A DNA stretch of 64,000 nucleotides, taken from positions 127,696 through 191,695 of the forward strand of contig JANQRF010000007.1 of the NCBI GenBank assembly GCA_028289285.1, in the 5' to 3' direction. Origin of the DNA: Alphaproteobacteria bacterium (GTDB lineage Bacteria; Pseudomonadota; Alphaproteobacteria; Micavibrionales; Micavibrionaceae). Shown here piece by piece: positions 1 through 9,171 of this stretch. Every line of letters starts with the position of its first letter. Position 1 is the first letter of the stretch. Under the pieces are notes generated by a model that did no database searches, had not been told where the DNA came from, and saw only the letters and a program-made list of their open reading frames with translations. Made by a program: the position numbers and the translations under genes.

Positions 1-816
1 ACGCCGATCCTGGTGGATTTCTGGGCGCCATGGTGCGGGCCGTGCAAACAGCTGATGCCGGTGCTGGAAGCCGAAGTGGCGGCCGCTGCAGGCGCGGTGA
101 AATTGGCAAAAGTGAATATTGATGAAAACCCGGAATTGGCGCAGGCAATGCAGGTGCAATCTGTGCCGACTGTTCTGGCGTTTTTTCAAGGCCAGCCCGT
201 GACGGGTTTTCAGGGCGCGCAGCCTGCGTCCCAAATTAAAGCGGTGATTGATCAGCTTATGAAGCTGGCGAAACAACATGCCCCTGATGCGCTGGATATT
301 CCTGAAGCGCTGAAAGGTGCAGCAGATGCGCTGGCGGCCGGTGATGCAGCAACCGCGCAGGCGATCTATGCGCAAATTTTGCAGCAGGACCCGGACCATG
401 TGGAAGCGTTTACAGGGCTTGTGCGGACCTTTATCACCGCCGGGCAGATCGATCAGGCAAAAGCCATGATTGAAAATGCCCCGGAGAAAATTGCAAAACA
501 TCCAAATTTTGAAAGCGCAAAAACCGCGCTTGATTTGGCAATGAATGCACCATCCGGGGATCTGGCTGCATTGGTGGAGAAAGGGCAAAAAGACCCGAAA
601 GATCACCAGGCGAAGCTGGATTTAGCCCAGGCGCATTTTGCTGCCGGGCATAAGGAAGAGGCGATTGAAACGTTGCTGGACAGCATTGCGCTGGATAAAG
701 ACTGGAACGAGCAGGAAGCGCGTAAAACGCTTTTGACATTCTTTGATGCGCTTGGGCCCGCCGACCCGCTAACCGTATCGGCGCGCAAAAAGCTGTCCAG
801 CCTGCTCTTTTCTTAA
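1..816 (+). CDS. thioredoxin-domain / TPR-like co-chaperone (YbbN/CnoX-like), 5' partial
   Basis: Frame 1 is open from base 1 (TPILVDFWAPWCGPC...). It has a WCGPC thioredoxin active site followed by a helical TPR-like C-terminal half. The start lies outside the window. Confidence 0.85.
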   Translation, partial: TPILVDFWAPWCGPCKQLMPVLEAEVAAAAGAVKLAKVNIDENPELAQAMQVQSVPTVLAFFQGQPVTGFQGAQPASQIKAVIDQLMKLAKQHAPDALDIPEALKGAADALAAGDAATAQAIYAQILQQDPDHVEAFTGLVRTFITAGQIDQAKAMIENAPEKIAKHPNFESAKTALDLAMNAPSGDLAALVEKGQKDPKDHQAKLDLAQAHFAAGHKEEAIETLLDSIALDKDWNEQEARKTLLTFFDALGPADPLTVSARKKLSSLLFS

Positions 817-841
817 AACTGAAACATTCTATATCAGTAAA

Positions 842-1468
842 ATGGCGATGGATTTACCAGACGAGATTCCGATTTTTCCCTTAGGCGGCGCGCTGCTTTT
901 GCCGCGCGGAATTTTGCCGCTCAATATTTTTGAACCACGCTATCTGGCCATGGTCGATCATGCTTTATCGACGCACCGGCTGATCGGGATGATCCAGCCG
1001 CGTGAGATCGGTAGCGCGGAACTTTATGACACGGGCTGTGCAGGGCGGATTGTCAGTTTCGAAGAAACCGATGACGGGCGCTATCTGATCAATCTAAAGG
1101 GTGTCTCCCGGTTCAACATCAAAAAAGAAACAGATGGAAAAGAAGGCTTTCGCAATATCCAGGCGAACTGGGCTGTATTTGAAAATGATTTATTGCCGAC
1201 TGATTGTCTGGATATAGACCGGGAGCAGTTGACCAATTTGCTTCAAACCTATTTTGAGCAGCAGGGTTTAAGCTGTGACTGGGAAGCGGTTAAGGAAGCG
1301 CCGGACGATAGATTAATGACATGTCTTGCAATGGTGTGCCCGTTTGAACCGCAGGAAAAACAGGCGCTTTTGGAAGCCAGGGGCTGCACCGCCCGCGCGG
1401 AATTATTTATCACGATGCTCGATATGGCGGTAAAATCCTGCGAATGCGGCGCAGAGATGAAACATTAA
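842..1468 (+). CDS. LON-protease N-terminal substrate-binding domain protein
   Basis: The translation IPIFPLGGALLLPRGILPLNIFEPRYLAMV is the typical LON N-terminal domain opening. At 208 aa it has no ATPase or protease part. Confidence 0.8.
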   Translation: MAMDLPDEIPIFPLGGALLLPRGILPLNIFEPRYLAMVDHALSTHRLIGMIQPREIGSAELYDTGCAGRIVSFEETDDGRYLINLKGVSRFNIKKETDGKEGFRNIQANWAVFENDLLPTDCLDIDREQLTNLLQTYFEQQGLSCDWEAVKEAPDDRLMTCLAMVCPFEPQEKQALLEARGCTARAELFITMLDMAVKSCECGAEMKH

Positions 1469-2835
1469 AGCTTATGCCACTTTGCGCCGTCCGGCGTATC
1501 TTCAATCCCGACGCCCATTCCGGTTAGCTCATCGCGGATCGCATCGGCGCGGGCAAAATCTTTATCTGTTTTTGCCTTTGTCCGTTCAGCCAGTAATTTT
1601 TCAATATGCACAATATCAAGATCGCTTGTATCAACTGCAAACCAGTCAGCCGGGTCCTGTTTTAAAATACCCAGTAAATGGCCAGCAGCTAAAAGCTGTC
1701 CTTTAAGTTTTGCATGATCGCTTTCAATTTTGGCAATCGCCAATAATTCTGTGATCGCCTGCGGTGTATTTAAATCATCGCACAGCGCGTTCATAACCTC
1801 TTCCGGCACAGATTCATTTTCATTGGCATGCACACTCTCCAGCTCCTGTAGTCGTGCATAGAGTTTATCAAGCGTCTTACGTGTATTTTCCAAACGCTGT
1901 GTGCTCCAGTCGAGTGGCTGTCGGTAGTGACAGGTGAGCAGCGCAAGGCGTAAGACTTCACCCGGGTAATCGCGCACAAGATCATGTACGAGCAGAATAT
2001 TGCCAAGCGATTTGGACATTTTCTCGCCTTCAACCGTGACAAAACCGTTATGAATCCAGTATTTGGCAAAACTTTCCGGCGTGTCTTCCCGCCCATGCGC
2101 GCAGCAGCTTTGGGCAATTTCATTTTCATGATGAGGGAATTTTAAATCCGCCCCGCCGCCATGAATATCAAAAGGCAGGCCCAGATGTTTTTCCGCCATA
2201 GCAGAGCATTCAATATGCCAGCCGGGACGGCCAAAGCCGAACGGGCTGTCCCAACCGGGTTCATCACCACTCGAGGGTTTCCACAATACAAAATCGGCCG
2301 GGTCTTTTTTGTAAGGCGCAACTTCGACGCGCGCGCCGGCAATCTGCTCATCGCGTGAGCGTCCCGACAGCGCCCCGTAAGATGGATTGGACGGCACGTG
2401 AAATAAAACATGCCCGTCTTTTTCATAGGCATGATCCCGCTCAACAAGCTGACCGATTTGCACAATCATCTCGTCAATATGCTCTGTCGCTTTGGGTTGA
2501 ATATCGGGCTGACGTACACCGAGCGTGCCCATATCTTCGTTATAAATACGCGTGTATTTTTCGGTGATATCTGAAATCTCTTCCCCGGTTTCGCGCGCAG
2601 CCGCAATAATTTTATCTTCCACATCCGTGATATTGGAAACATATGTGACGTTCGGGTACAGCGCCTTTAACAGCCGCGCCCATTGATCGAACACGACTGC
2701 CATCCGTGCATTACCGATATGGGCGTAGTTATAGACTGTCGGCCCGCAGGCATAGAGCCGCACATGGCTTTCATCCAAAGGCGTAAACACCTCTTTTTCA
2801 CGGGTCAGGGAATTATAGAGTTTTAAGTCGGGCAT
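1465..2835 (-). CDS. cysS: cysteine--tRNA ligase
   Basis: Class I aaRS motifs are present: HIGNAR (HIGH) and KMSKSLGN (KMSKS). The start is placed at MPDLKLYNSLTREKEVF (ATG 2835), which has AGGA 8 nt upstream. The ORF track extends to 2877. Confidence 0.93.
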   Translation of the reverse strand: MPDLKLYNSLTREKEVFTPLDESHVRLYACGPTVYNYAHIGNARMAVVFDQWARLLKALYPNVTYVSNITDVEDKIIAAARETGEEISDITEKYTRIYNEDMGTLGVRQPDIQPKATEHIDEMIVQIGQLVERDHAYEKDGHVLFHVPSNPSYGALSGRSRDEQIAGARVEVAPYKKDPADFVLWKPSSGDEPGWDSPFGFGRPGWHIECSAMAEKHLGLPFDIHGGGADLKFPHHENEIAQSCCAHGREDTPESFAKYWIHNGFVTVEGEKMSKSLGNILLVHDLVRDYPGEVLRLALLTCHYRQPLDWSTQRLENTRKTLDKLYARLQELESVHANENESVPEEVMNALCDDLNTPQAITELLAIAKIESDHAKLKGQLLAAGHLLGILKQDPADWFAVDTSDLDIVHIEKLLAERTKAKTDKDFARADAIRDELTGMGVGIEDTPDGAKWHKL

Positions 2836-2895
2836 AGAGCTCATCCTTTTTGCGTCCCACCATTGGCGGGCCGCCATCAGGTGAGGACTATAACG

Positions 2896-2988
2896 TTATT
2901 TTGTACAGGCGCAACCGCAGGCGCAGCTTGGCCCGCACGGGCCGTCACAGGTGCAATTCGGGCATTCACATTTGCTTTTGCTTGTCAT
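2896..2988 (-). CDS. 30-aa cysteine-rich, metallothionein-like mini-protein (candidate)
   Basis: Hand translation of the minus strand gives MTSKSKCECPNCTCDGPCGPSCACGCACTK*. It has 10 Cys in 30 aa arranged as CxC/CxxC runs. It is below the ORF-track cut-off and has only a weak SD (GAAAG). Confidence 0.4.
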   Translation of the reverse strand: MTSKSKCECPNCTCDGPCGPSCACGCACTK

Positions 2989-3040
2989 GGCGGGTCTTTC
3001 GTCTTAAATAAAACCTTACAAAGACACTATATCAAAAACC

Positions 3041-3634
3041 ATGGCGAAACTAAAGGCAGTAGATATCTCCCCGAAACCAACCCGCGCAGAGGCTGAAAGC
3101 GCGGTGGAAACGCTGCTGCGTTATATCGGTGAGGATCCGTCCCGCCCGGGGCTTATTGAAACGCCGGACCGGTTTGTCCGCGCCTATGATGAATTTTTTG
3201 AAGGCTATAGGCTTGATCCGGTGAAAGAGCTCTCCAAGACCTTTGAGGATATTGAAGATTATAACGATATGGTCATTGTCCGCGGGATTGATTTTATCTC
3301 GCACTGTGAACATCACCTTGTACAGATTTCAGGTTCGGCGAGTGTTGCCTATTGGCCGGATCAAAAAGTGGTCGGGATTTCAAAGCTCGCCCGCGTGGTC
3401 GATATTTTTGCAAAGCGCCTGATTTCCCAGGAAAACATGACGACGCAAATTGCGAGTGTCATTGAAAAGGTTTTAAAGCCAAAAGGCACAGCGGTGCTGA
3501 TTAATGCCGATCATCACTGCATGTCCACCCGCGGCGTGGAGAAATCCGGGAGCAGCACCGTGACAACAGATTTTCGTGGTGTATTTGAAGCTTCAGAAGA
3601 TTTACGCAACAGGTTTTTAAGATTGTCAAAATAG
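3041..3634 (+). CDS. folE: GTP cyclohydrolase I
   Basis: The FISHCEHHL zinc-site motif and [22 protein letters not shown] are present. At 197 aa the length is typical of FolE. Confidence 0.95.
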   Translation: MAKLKAVDISPKPTRAEAESAVETLLRYIGEDPSRPGLIETPDRFVRAYDEFFEGYRLDPVKELSKTFEDIEDYNDMVIVRGIDFISHCEHHLVQISGSASVAYWPDQKVVGISKLARVVDIFAKRLISQENMTTQIASVIEKVLKPKGTAVLINADHHCMSTRGVEKSGSSTVTTDFRGVFEASEDLRNRFLRLSK

Positions 3635-3644
3635 GAAAACCATC

Positions 3645-3824
3645 ATGTCCCTTGCCGTTGATTCAAAATTACTCGATATCCTGGTCTGTCCGCTGACCAA
3701 GGAACCGCTTGAGTATAACGCGGAAAGCCAGGAACTCATTTCCCGCCGCGCGGGCCTTGCTTACCCTATCCGCGACGGTATCCCGATTATGCTGGTTGAT
3801 GAGGCCAGGAAGATTGAAGAATAG
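3645..3824 (+). CDS. Trm112/YcaR (UPF0434) family small protein
   Basis: Hand translation gives [59 protein letters not shown] (59 aa). This is the characteristic LLxILVCPxxKxxL...[11 protein letters not shown] pattern. It is missed by the 60-aa ORF track. Confidence 0.8.
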   Translation: MSLAVDSKLLDILVCPLTKEPLEYNAESQELISRRAGLAYPIRDGIPIMLVDEARKIEE

Positions 3825-3868
3825 TTTTTTCTTGCCTTTGTAGGCTCTTTTTCGTTAAAACCAAAGCT

Positions 3869-3925
3869 ATGAGACAGCAGACATCACATCTCGGCCTGCT
3901 CCTTCTTCTCCTTATCGCCCCTTAA
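3869..3925 (+). CDS. leucine-rich leader peptide upstream of leuA (18 aa)
   Basis: Hand translation gives MRQQTSHLGLLLLLLIAP*. It has 7 Leu codons, six of them consecutive (CTG CTC CTT CTT CTC CTT), and lies 84 nt upstream of the leuA ATG. Confidence 0.6.
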   Translation: MRQQTSHLGLLLLLLIAP

Positions 3926-3959
3926 GCGGGCATGAGGCCAACTGGCCTGCGCTTAAGGG
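3920..3959 (+). promoter_or_regulatory. leader hairpin overlapping the leader-peptide stop codon
   Basis: CCCTTAAGCG (3920-3929) pairs with CGCTTAAGGG (3950-3959). An inner GGCC-AACT-GGCC stem-loop lies between them. No U-run follows the hairpin. Confidence 0.55.
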
Positions 3960-4008
3960 CACACACTTCGTTCGAAATGTAATTAAGCTAAAAGATAAGG
4001 ACATAGCG

Positions 4009-5571
4009 ATGACTTCTGATAAAGACCGGATCATTATTTTTGACACCACGCTGCGCGACGGGGAACAATCGCCAGGTTGTTCCATGACGCTCGATGAAAA
4101 GTTGCGTATGGCAAAGCTGCTCGATGAGATGGGCGTGGATGTGATTGAGGCCGGTTTCCCGATCGCCTCACAAGGTGATTTTGAAGCGGTGCAGGAAATT
4201 GCAAAAACAATTAAAAATGCAACTGTTTGCGGCCTCTCGAGAGCCATTGAACGCGATATTGATGTGGCAGGCGAAGCACTGGCCCCTGCTGAAAACCGTC
4301 GCATCCATACATTCATTTCAACCAGCCCGCAGCATTTGCAATATCAGCTTCAGATGAATGAAGACCAGGTGCTGGAAAGCGTGGCGGGCAGTGTGACCCG
4401 TGCACGCGGCTTTACGGATAATGTTGAATGGTCGGCGATGGATGCGACGCGCTCGGACATTGATTTCCTGTGCCGCTGTATTGAAACGGCGATTAAATGC
4501 GGGGCCACAACAGTGAATATTCCGGATACGGTCGGCTATGCCGTGCCGACGGAGTTTGGTGATCTGATCCGCGCGATCCAGGAAAAAGTTCCGAATATCG
4601 ACAAAGCGGTTATCTCCACCCATTGTCACAACGATCTGGGTCTTGCAGTCGCAAACTCACTGGCGGGCGTTGAAGCAGGCGCACGCCAGATTGAATGTAC
4701 GATTAACGGGATCGGCGAGCGGGCCGGGAATGCGGCGCTGGAAGAGATTGTCATGACGATTAAAACGCGTAGCGATACGATGCCGTTTGAAACAAATATC
4801 AAAAGCGAAATGATTACCAAGGTATCACGTACGCTTGCGACCACAATCGGCTTTAACGTACAGCCGAACAAGGCGATTGTCGGGGCGAATGCCTTTGCAC
4901 ATGAAAGCGGCATTCACCAGGACGGTGTTTTGAAAAATGCTGAAACTTACGAGATCATGACGCCGGAATCGGTTGGTCTCACACGGTCAGAACTTGTTCT
5001 CGGGAAACATTCCGGCCGGGCCGCCCTGAAATCAAAAGTCGAAGAGCTTGGCTATGAGCTGGGTGATAATGCGTTTCAGGATTTGTTCAAACGCTTTAAG
5101 GATCTGGCCGATAAAAAGAAAAGCATTTTTGATGATGATATTATTGCATTGATTGAAGATGAAGTGGCCACCGAACATGACCGGATTAAATTTGTTTCTT
5201 TGCAGATTATTGCCGGGACAAAAGGCCCGCAAACGGCGGAGATGGAGCTTATTGTTGATGGAGAAACCAAAACCGCCAAGGTCGAAGGGAAGGGCCCGGT
5301 TGATGCAATCTTCAAATGTATCCGCGAAATTGAACCGCATCCGAATGCACATCTCCAGCTTTACCAGGTGCATGCTGTAACTGGTGGGACGGATGCGCAA
5401 GCCGAAGTCACCGTGCGCCTGGAAGAAGACGGCAAGACCGTCAACGGGTCCGGCGCCGATGCAGATACGCTTGTGGCAAGCGCACGGGCGTATGTGCATG
5501 CTCTGAATAAGCTCATGACCAAACGGGCTAAGACAAAACCTGCTTTAGAGGTTGATGGAGCTGTTGCTTAA
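4009..5571 (+). CDS. leuA: 2-isopropylmalate synthase
   Basis: The N-terminus IIFDTTLRDGEQSPG, the HxH motif (THCHNDLGLAVANS) and a C-terminal LeuA dimerisation/regulatory domain are present. Length is 520 aa. Confidence 0.95.
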   Translation: MTSDKDRIIIFDTTLRDGEQSPGCSMTLDEKLRMAKLLDEMGVDVIEAGFPIASQGDFEAVQEIAKTIKNATVCGLSRAIERDIDVAGEALAPAENRRIHTFISTSPQHLQYQLQMNEDQVLESVAGSVTRARGFTDNVEWSAMDATRSDIDFLCRCIETAIKCGATTVNIPDTVGYAVPTEFGDLIRAIQEKVPNIDKAVISTHCHNDLGLAVANSLAGVEAGARQIECTINGIGERAGNAALEEIVMTIKTRSDTMPFETNIKSEMITKVSRTLATTIGFNVQPNKAIVGANAFAHESGIHQDGVLKNAETYEIMTPESVGLTRSELVLGKHSGRAALKSKVEELGYELGDNAFQDLFKRFKDLADKKKSIFDDDIIALIEDEVATEHDRIKFVSLQIIAGTKGPQTAEMELIVDGETKTAKVEGKGPVDAIFKCIREIEPHPNAHLQLYQVHAVTGGTDAQAEVTVRLEEDGKTVNGSGADADTLVASARAYVHALNKLMTKRAKTKPALEVDGAVA

Positions 5572-5611
5572 AGAAACCGTACATTCAGTTTCCGGATAGA
5601 AAAGATATTAA

Positions 5612-5640
5612 GCCGTCCCTTTTCCGTAAAGGGCGGTTTT
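5612..5640 (+). terminator. rho-independent terminator after leuA
   Basis: GCCGTCCCTTT / AAAGGGCGG form a stem with one bulge, followed by TTTT. Confidence 0.6.
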
Positions 5641-5752
5641 CCTTATATTGGTTAATTTTCTTCATGGAATGTTAACCAATATTAAGATATTGTAGAATCC
5701 TTAGCGTATTAATCCGGTAACGATCTGAAGAAGCACAAGAAAGGCGGCTTGT

Positions 5753-7900
5753 ATGGCTATTGATTCCCTGTTTAAAAATCTGAAAATCCGCACCCGCGTT
5801 TTGTTTGTTATTGCGGTTCCGCTTTTAATGCTGATTTACGTTCAGGCATCGGCAACATTGACAGCGTTTGATCACCTCAAAACAGCAGATAATCTACAAA
5901 CAGTGGCTAATTTTATGCCCGAGATCAGCAATTTGATTTCTGATCTGCAAGTTGAACGCGGCCGCTCAGCTGTGTATTTGAACAGCCGGGTCGGTCATCC
6001 ACAAGCACATGCCAAAAGGCAAGATTTAGAATCACAGTATGTCAGTACGGACAATCATAAAAAAGAAATCATGGTTGCTTTTAAAGAGGCGCATATCGAA
6101 GATTTTAGTGAGGATTTTGCCGCAAAAGTTGAAAAAACAATTAATGCTGTCGATGACATTAAAGCATTACGCCAAAAAGTTCTTAACCGCCAGGTGAAGC
6201 CCGTACAAGCCGGAGCAGAGTATACACAACATATTCGTAACCTTTTGGAGAAAATCGAATATGTCGCAAGCCACAGTTCAGATGCAGAACTGACAGACCG
6301 CATGACAGCCTACTCTGCTTTGCTTGAAGCGCAGGAAACATATGGTCAGGAGCGTGCGGTAGGTGCGGGAAGTTTGAGCAAAGGTGTTATTACAACAAAA
6401 ACCAGAGCAAAACTGGCTGAGCTTGATGGAAAACAAAAAGCCTATCTGCATATTTTTGAAACCTATGCAATTCCGGAAGAATTTGAACTGTATAAACAAA
6501 CCGTGGCAAATAGTACGACAACAAAGCGGGTGAAAGAACTTTATAATCTGTATCTTGATGAGGCACGTGAAGCATATCTTTTGGACACTGTCAGCGCACC
6601 GCAATGGTTTGAAGCTTATACAAAAGAAATTGACCTGATCCGTACAGTTGAAGTCAAAGTTCGTGATGATATCTACGAGCATACACAACATCTTCATGAA
6701 GAAGGCGTCGCTGAAGTACAGACAAATGTCATTTTGGCAGTTTTAGAAATTTTAATTACAGCGCTTGCCGTCATTTTCATTGCACGGTCCATTACCAAAC
6801 CTGTCGATAGATTAAATGCCAGTATGAAAGAACTTGCAAATGACAATCTGGAGGTAGAAATACCAGATGTTGGCCGTGGGCATGAACTGGCAGAAATGTC
6901 AGATACACTTTCAACGTTCAAGGAAAATGCGCTGCAGATGCGTGCGCTGGAAGCCGAACAGGAAAAAGCTAAAGCACGCGCTGAAGAAGAGAAAAAGGCT
7001 GCTATGCATAAGCTGGCAGATGATTTTGATACCCGGACAGCCACTGTCATTGACTCTCTGGCAAGTGCTGCCGAAGAAATGCAGGCGATGTCCAAGCAAA
7101 TGAATGCAGCGTCTACGCAAACATCTGAAATTAGCGGAACGGTAGCAGCGGCAGCAACAGAAGCTGACGCCAATGTGCAAACAGTGGCGGCTGCGACGGA
7201 AGAGCTTACAGCTTCTGCGGCAGAGATCGGCCAGCAAATTACATCTGTTGCAGCGATGGCGCGTGGAGCCTCAAGTGATGCTGAGCAAACAAGTAAAGCC
7301 GTACATGAATTGCAGCAAATGGCAATGTCAATCGGCGAGGTTGTTGGCGCCATTAAAGATATTGCCGAGCAGACAAATCTTCTTGCGCTCAATGCAACGA
7401 TTGAAGCGGCCCGTGCAGGCGAAGCCGGAAAAGGTTTTGCAGTTGTGGCTGATGAAGTCAAAAAACTGGCTAATGAAACGGCTCAAAAAACAGAAGAAAT
7501 TGATGAGCGTGTAACCCGTATTCAGGATGCAATTAACAGCTCTGTTGAGGCGATGGAAAAAATCATCAAGAGCGTACAGGATATTGATGGAGCGACGACA
7601 ACCGTTACGGCTGCTGTCGAAGAACAAAATGCAGCGACGGCAGAAATTGGCCGCAATGTCTCTGAAGCCTCAACCGGTACGCAGCAAGTATCCGAGAATA
7701 TTGTCACTGTGCGCCAAAACGCCGATGAAACCGGGCAGGCGGCGCAGACAGTATTAACGGCTGCTGATGAGCTTTCAAAACTTTCCGGTGAGCTTCAAAA
7801 ACAGGTTGGTGTTTTCCTGGATGAAATTCGTGGTGATGCGAAAAGTGAACCAGCCAATACGGATGCACAAAGCCAAGACATCCCTGAAGCAGCTGAATAA
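5753..7900 (+). CDS. methyl-accepting chemotaxis protein with NIT-like sensor domain
   Basis: It has an N-terminal TM and an [12 protein letters not shown] motif typical of NIT (nitrate/nitrite-sensing type) domains. A second TM and HAMP follow. The conserved MCP signalling hairpin ([35 protein letters not shown]) is present. Confidence 0.9.
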   Translation: MAIDSLFKNLKIRTRVLFVIAVPLLMLIYVQASATLTAFDHLKTADNLQTVANFMPEISNLISDLQVERGRSAVYLNSRVGHPQAHAKRQDLESQYVSTDNHKKEIMVAFKEAHIEDFSEDFAAKVEKTINAVDDIKALRQKVLNRQVKPVQAGAEYTQHIRNLLEKIEYVASHSSDAELTDRMTAYSALLEAQETYGQERAVGAGSLSKGVITTKTRAKLAELDGKQKAYLHIFETYAIPEEFELYKQTVANSTTTKRVKELYNLYLDEAREAYLLDTVSAPQWFEAYTKEIDLIRTVEVKVRDDIYEHTQHLHEEGVAEVQTNVILAVLEILITALAVIFIARSITKPVDRLNASMKELANDNLEVEIPDVGRGHELAEMSDTLSTFKENALQMRALEAEQEKAKARAEEEKKAAMHKLADDFDTRTATVIDSLASAAEEMQAMSKQMNAASTQTSEISGTVAAAATEADANVQTVAAATEELTASAAEIGQQITSVAAMARGASSDAEQTSKAVHELQQMAMSIGEVVGAIKDIAEQTNLLALNATIEAARAGEAGKGFAVVADEVKKLANETAQKTEEIDERVTRIQDAINSSVEAMEKIIKSVQDIDGATTTVTAAVEEQNAATAEIGRNVSEASTGTQQVSENIVTVRQNADETGQAAQTVLTAADELSKLSGELQKQVGVFLDEIRGDAKSEPANTDAQSQDIPEAAE

Positions 7901-7903
7901 TTT

Positions 7904-8530
7904 TTAAAGCAAATTTTTTATATGCCGGAAGACCTCACGGAACATCTGTTCTGTGAGGCGTCCGGTATTGGTGTTATAGCGTGAGCAGTGATAGCTGCCG
8001 ATCATGGTATGACCGTTTCCAAGATCATGCGCAACATTATGCGCAAATTTAAAGGCAGATTGTCTGTGCCCCGAAGCTTTGAGCGTTGCATTATGCGCAA
8101 TAACGCCAAGTGTCAGAATGATTTTTAAATCCGGCATATCGTCTATCTGGCTTTTCAGGAATGGCTGGCAGTTTGTAATCTCAGCGCCGACCGGTTTATT
8201 TTCCGGTGGCACGCAGCGCACGGCATTCGTGATCCGGCAATTGGTAAGCTCAAGACCATCATTCGGATCAGCTTTATACGCCCCTTTCGCAAAGCCGAAA
8301 TCGAGAAGAGTCTGATACAGCAGGTCACCTGCATAATCGCCCGTAAAGGGCCGTCCGGTGAAATTGGCGCCGCGCAAGCCCGGGGCAAGGCCGACAATCA
8401 AAAGCTGCGCGTTTTCAGGCCCAAAAGAAGGCACAGGGGCGTTGAATTTATCCGGGAAGGCGGCCCGGTTTTCGTCCCGGAAAGCCTGCAGGCGCGGGCA
8501 GAGCGGGCAGTTCTTCTCTGGTTCAAGCAT
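7904..8530 (-). CDS. uracil-DNA glycosylase superfamily protein (family 4/5-like)
   Basis: The GLAPGLRGANFTGRPFTGD motif and a C-terminal SYHCSRYN motif are present. The stop is 3 nt from the convergent MCP stop. Confidence 0.8.
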   Translation of the reverse strand: MLEPEKNCPLCPRLQAFRDENRAAFPDKFNAPVPSFGPENAQLLIVGLAPGLRGANFTGRPFTGDYAGDLLYQTLLDFGFAKGAYKADPNDGLELTNCRITNAVRCVPPENKPVGAEITNCQPFLKSQIDDMPDLKIILTLGVIAHNATLKASGHRQSAFKFAHNVAHDLGNGHTMIGSYHCSRYNTNTGRLTEQMFREVFRHIKNLL

Positions 8531-8605
8531 GGTTTAAAATCCTTGCGCTAAAGGGCGAAATTCCCTATAACACGGTGAATTTTAAATAAACACAAGGAAA
8601 TATCC

Positions 8606-9019
8606 ATGGCCCGCGTGACCGTTGAAGATTGTATTGAAAAAGTCCAGAACCGATTTGAGCTTGTGATGGTGGCCGCCCAGCGCGCCCGTAAAATCGGCTC
8701 CGGCGCGCCGCTGACCGTTGAGCGCGATAATGATAAAAACCCGGTGGTTGCCTTGCGCGAAATCGCAGATGAAACCGTTGATATTGACGAGCTGAAAGAA
8801 GACCTGATCCGCGGTAAGCAGCGCATTATTGCGGTTGATGATGATGGCGAAGATGTCATTGATTCCATGGACGGGGAAGAAGAATGGTCCCGCATGGCGC
8901 AGCAAGCTGCGACAGGCTCTTTGGATAATCCTGTCGATGAGAGCGCCGAAGAAGAAAGCAGCGAAGACGGGGAAGAAGGAGAGCCGTCTTTAGCCGATCT
9001 GGCAGGCAACGGCGCCTAA
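8606..9019 (+). CDS. rpoZ: DNA-directed RNA polymerase subunit omega
   Basis: [30 protein letters not shown] is the canonical RpoZ N-terminus. The protein has an acidic C-terminal tail. Confidence 0.95.
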   Translation: MARVTVEDCIEKVQNRFELVMVAAQRARKIGSGAPLTVERDNDKNPVVALREIADETVDIDELKEDLIRGKQRIIAVDDDGEDVIDSMDGEEEWSRMAQQAATGSLDNPVDESAEEESSEDGEEGEPSLADLAGNGA

Positions 9020-9047
9020 AGCTTTTTCAAGACTTACAAGAGATTTT

Positions 9048-9076
9048 AAAACCGGGCTTTTAAGCCCGGTTTTTTC
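9048..9076 (+). terminator. rho-independent terminator after rpoZ
   Basis: ACCGGGCTT-TT-AAGCCCGGT hairpin followed by TTTTTT. Confidence 0.75.
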
Positions 9077-9171
9077 TAATATGCCCTTAAAATCAAGGAG
9101 ATATGGACTCTTGAGGTGATTTTTAAGCCCATGCGTGGTACAGTGAAAAGACATATGACAGATATGAAAGC

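Noticed and set aside
2863-3096. 77-aa plus-strand ORF between cysS and folE
   Set aside because: It runs into the folE start and has a low-complexity Ala/Gly/Thr translation. The opposite-strand Cys-rich mini-ORF explains the region better, though that too is only a candidate.
6694-7461. 255-aa minus-strand ORF, plus several 60-140-aa ORFs at 6055-7757, inside the MCP gene
   Set aside because: They lie antisense to or out of frame with a confidently identified chemoreceptor. The Ala/Ser/Cys-rich low-complexity translation is the mirror of the Ala/Glu-rich signalling domain.
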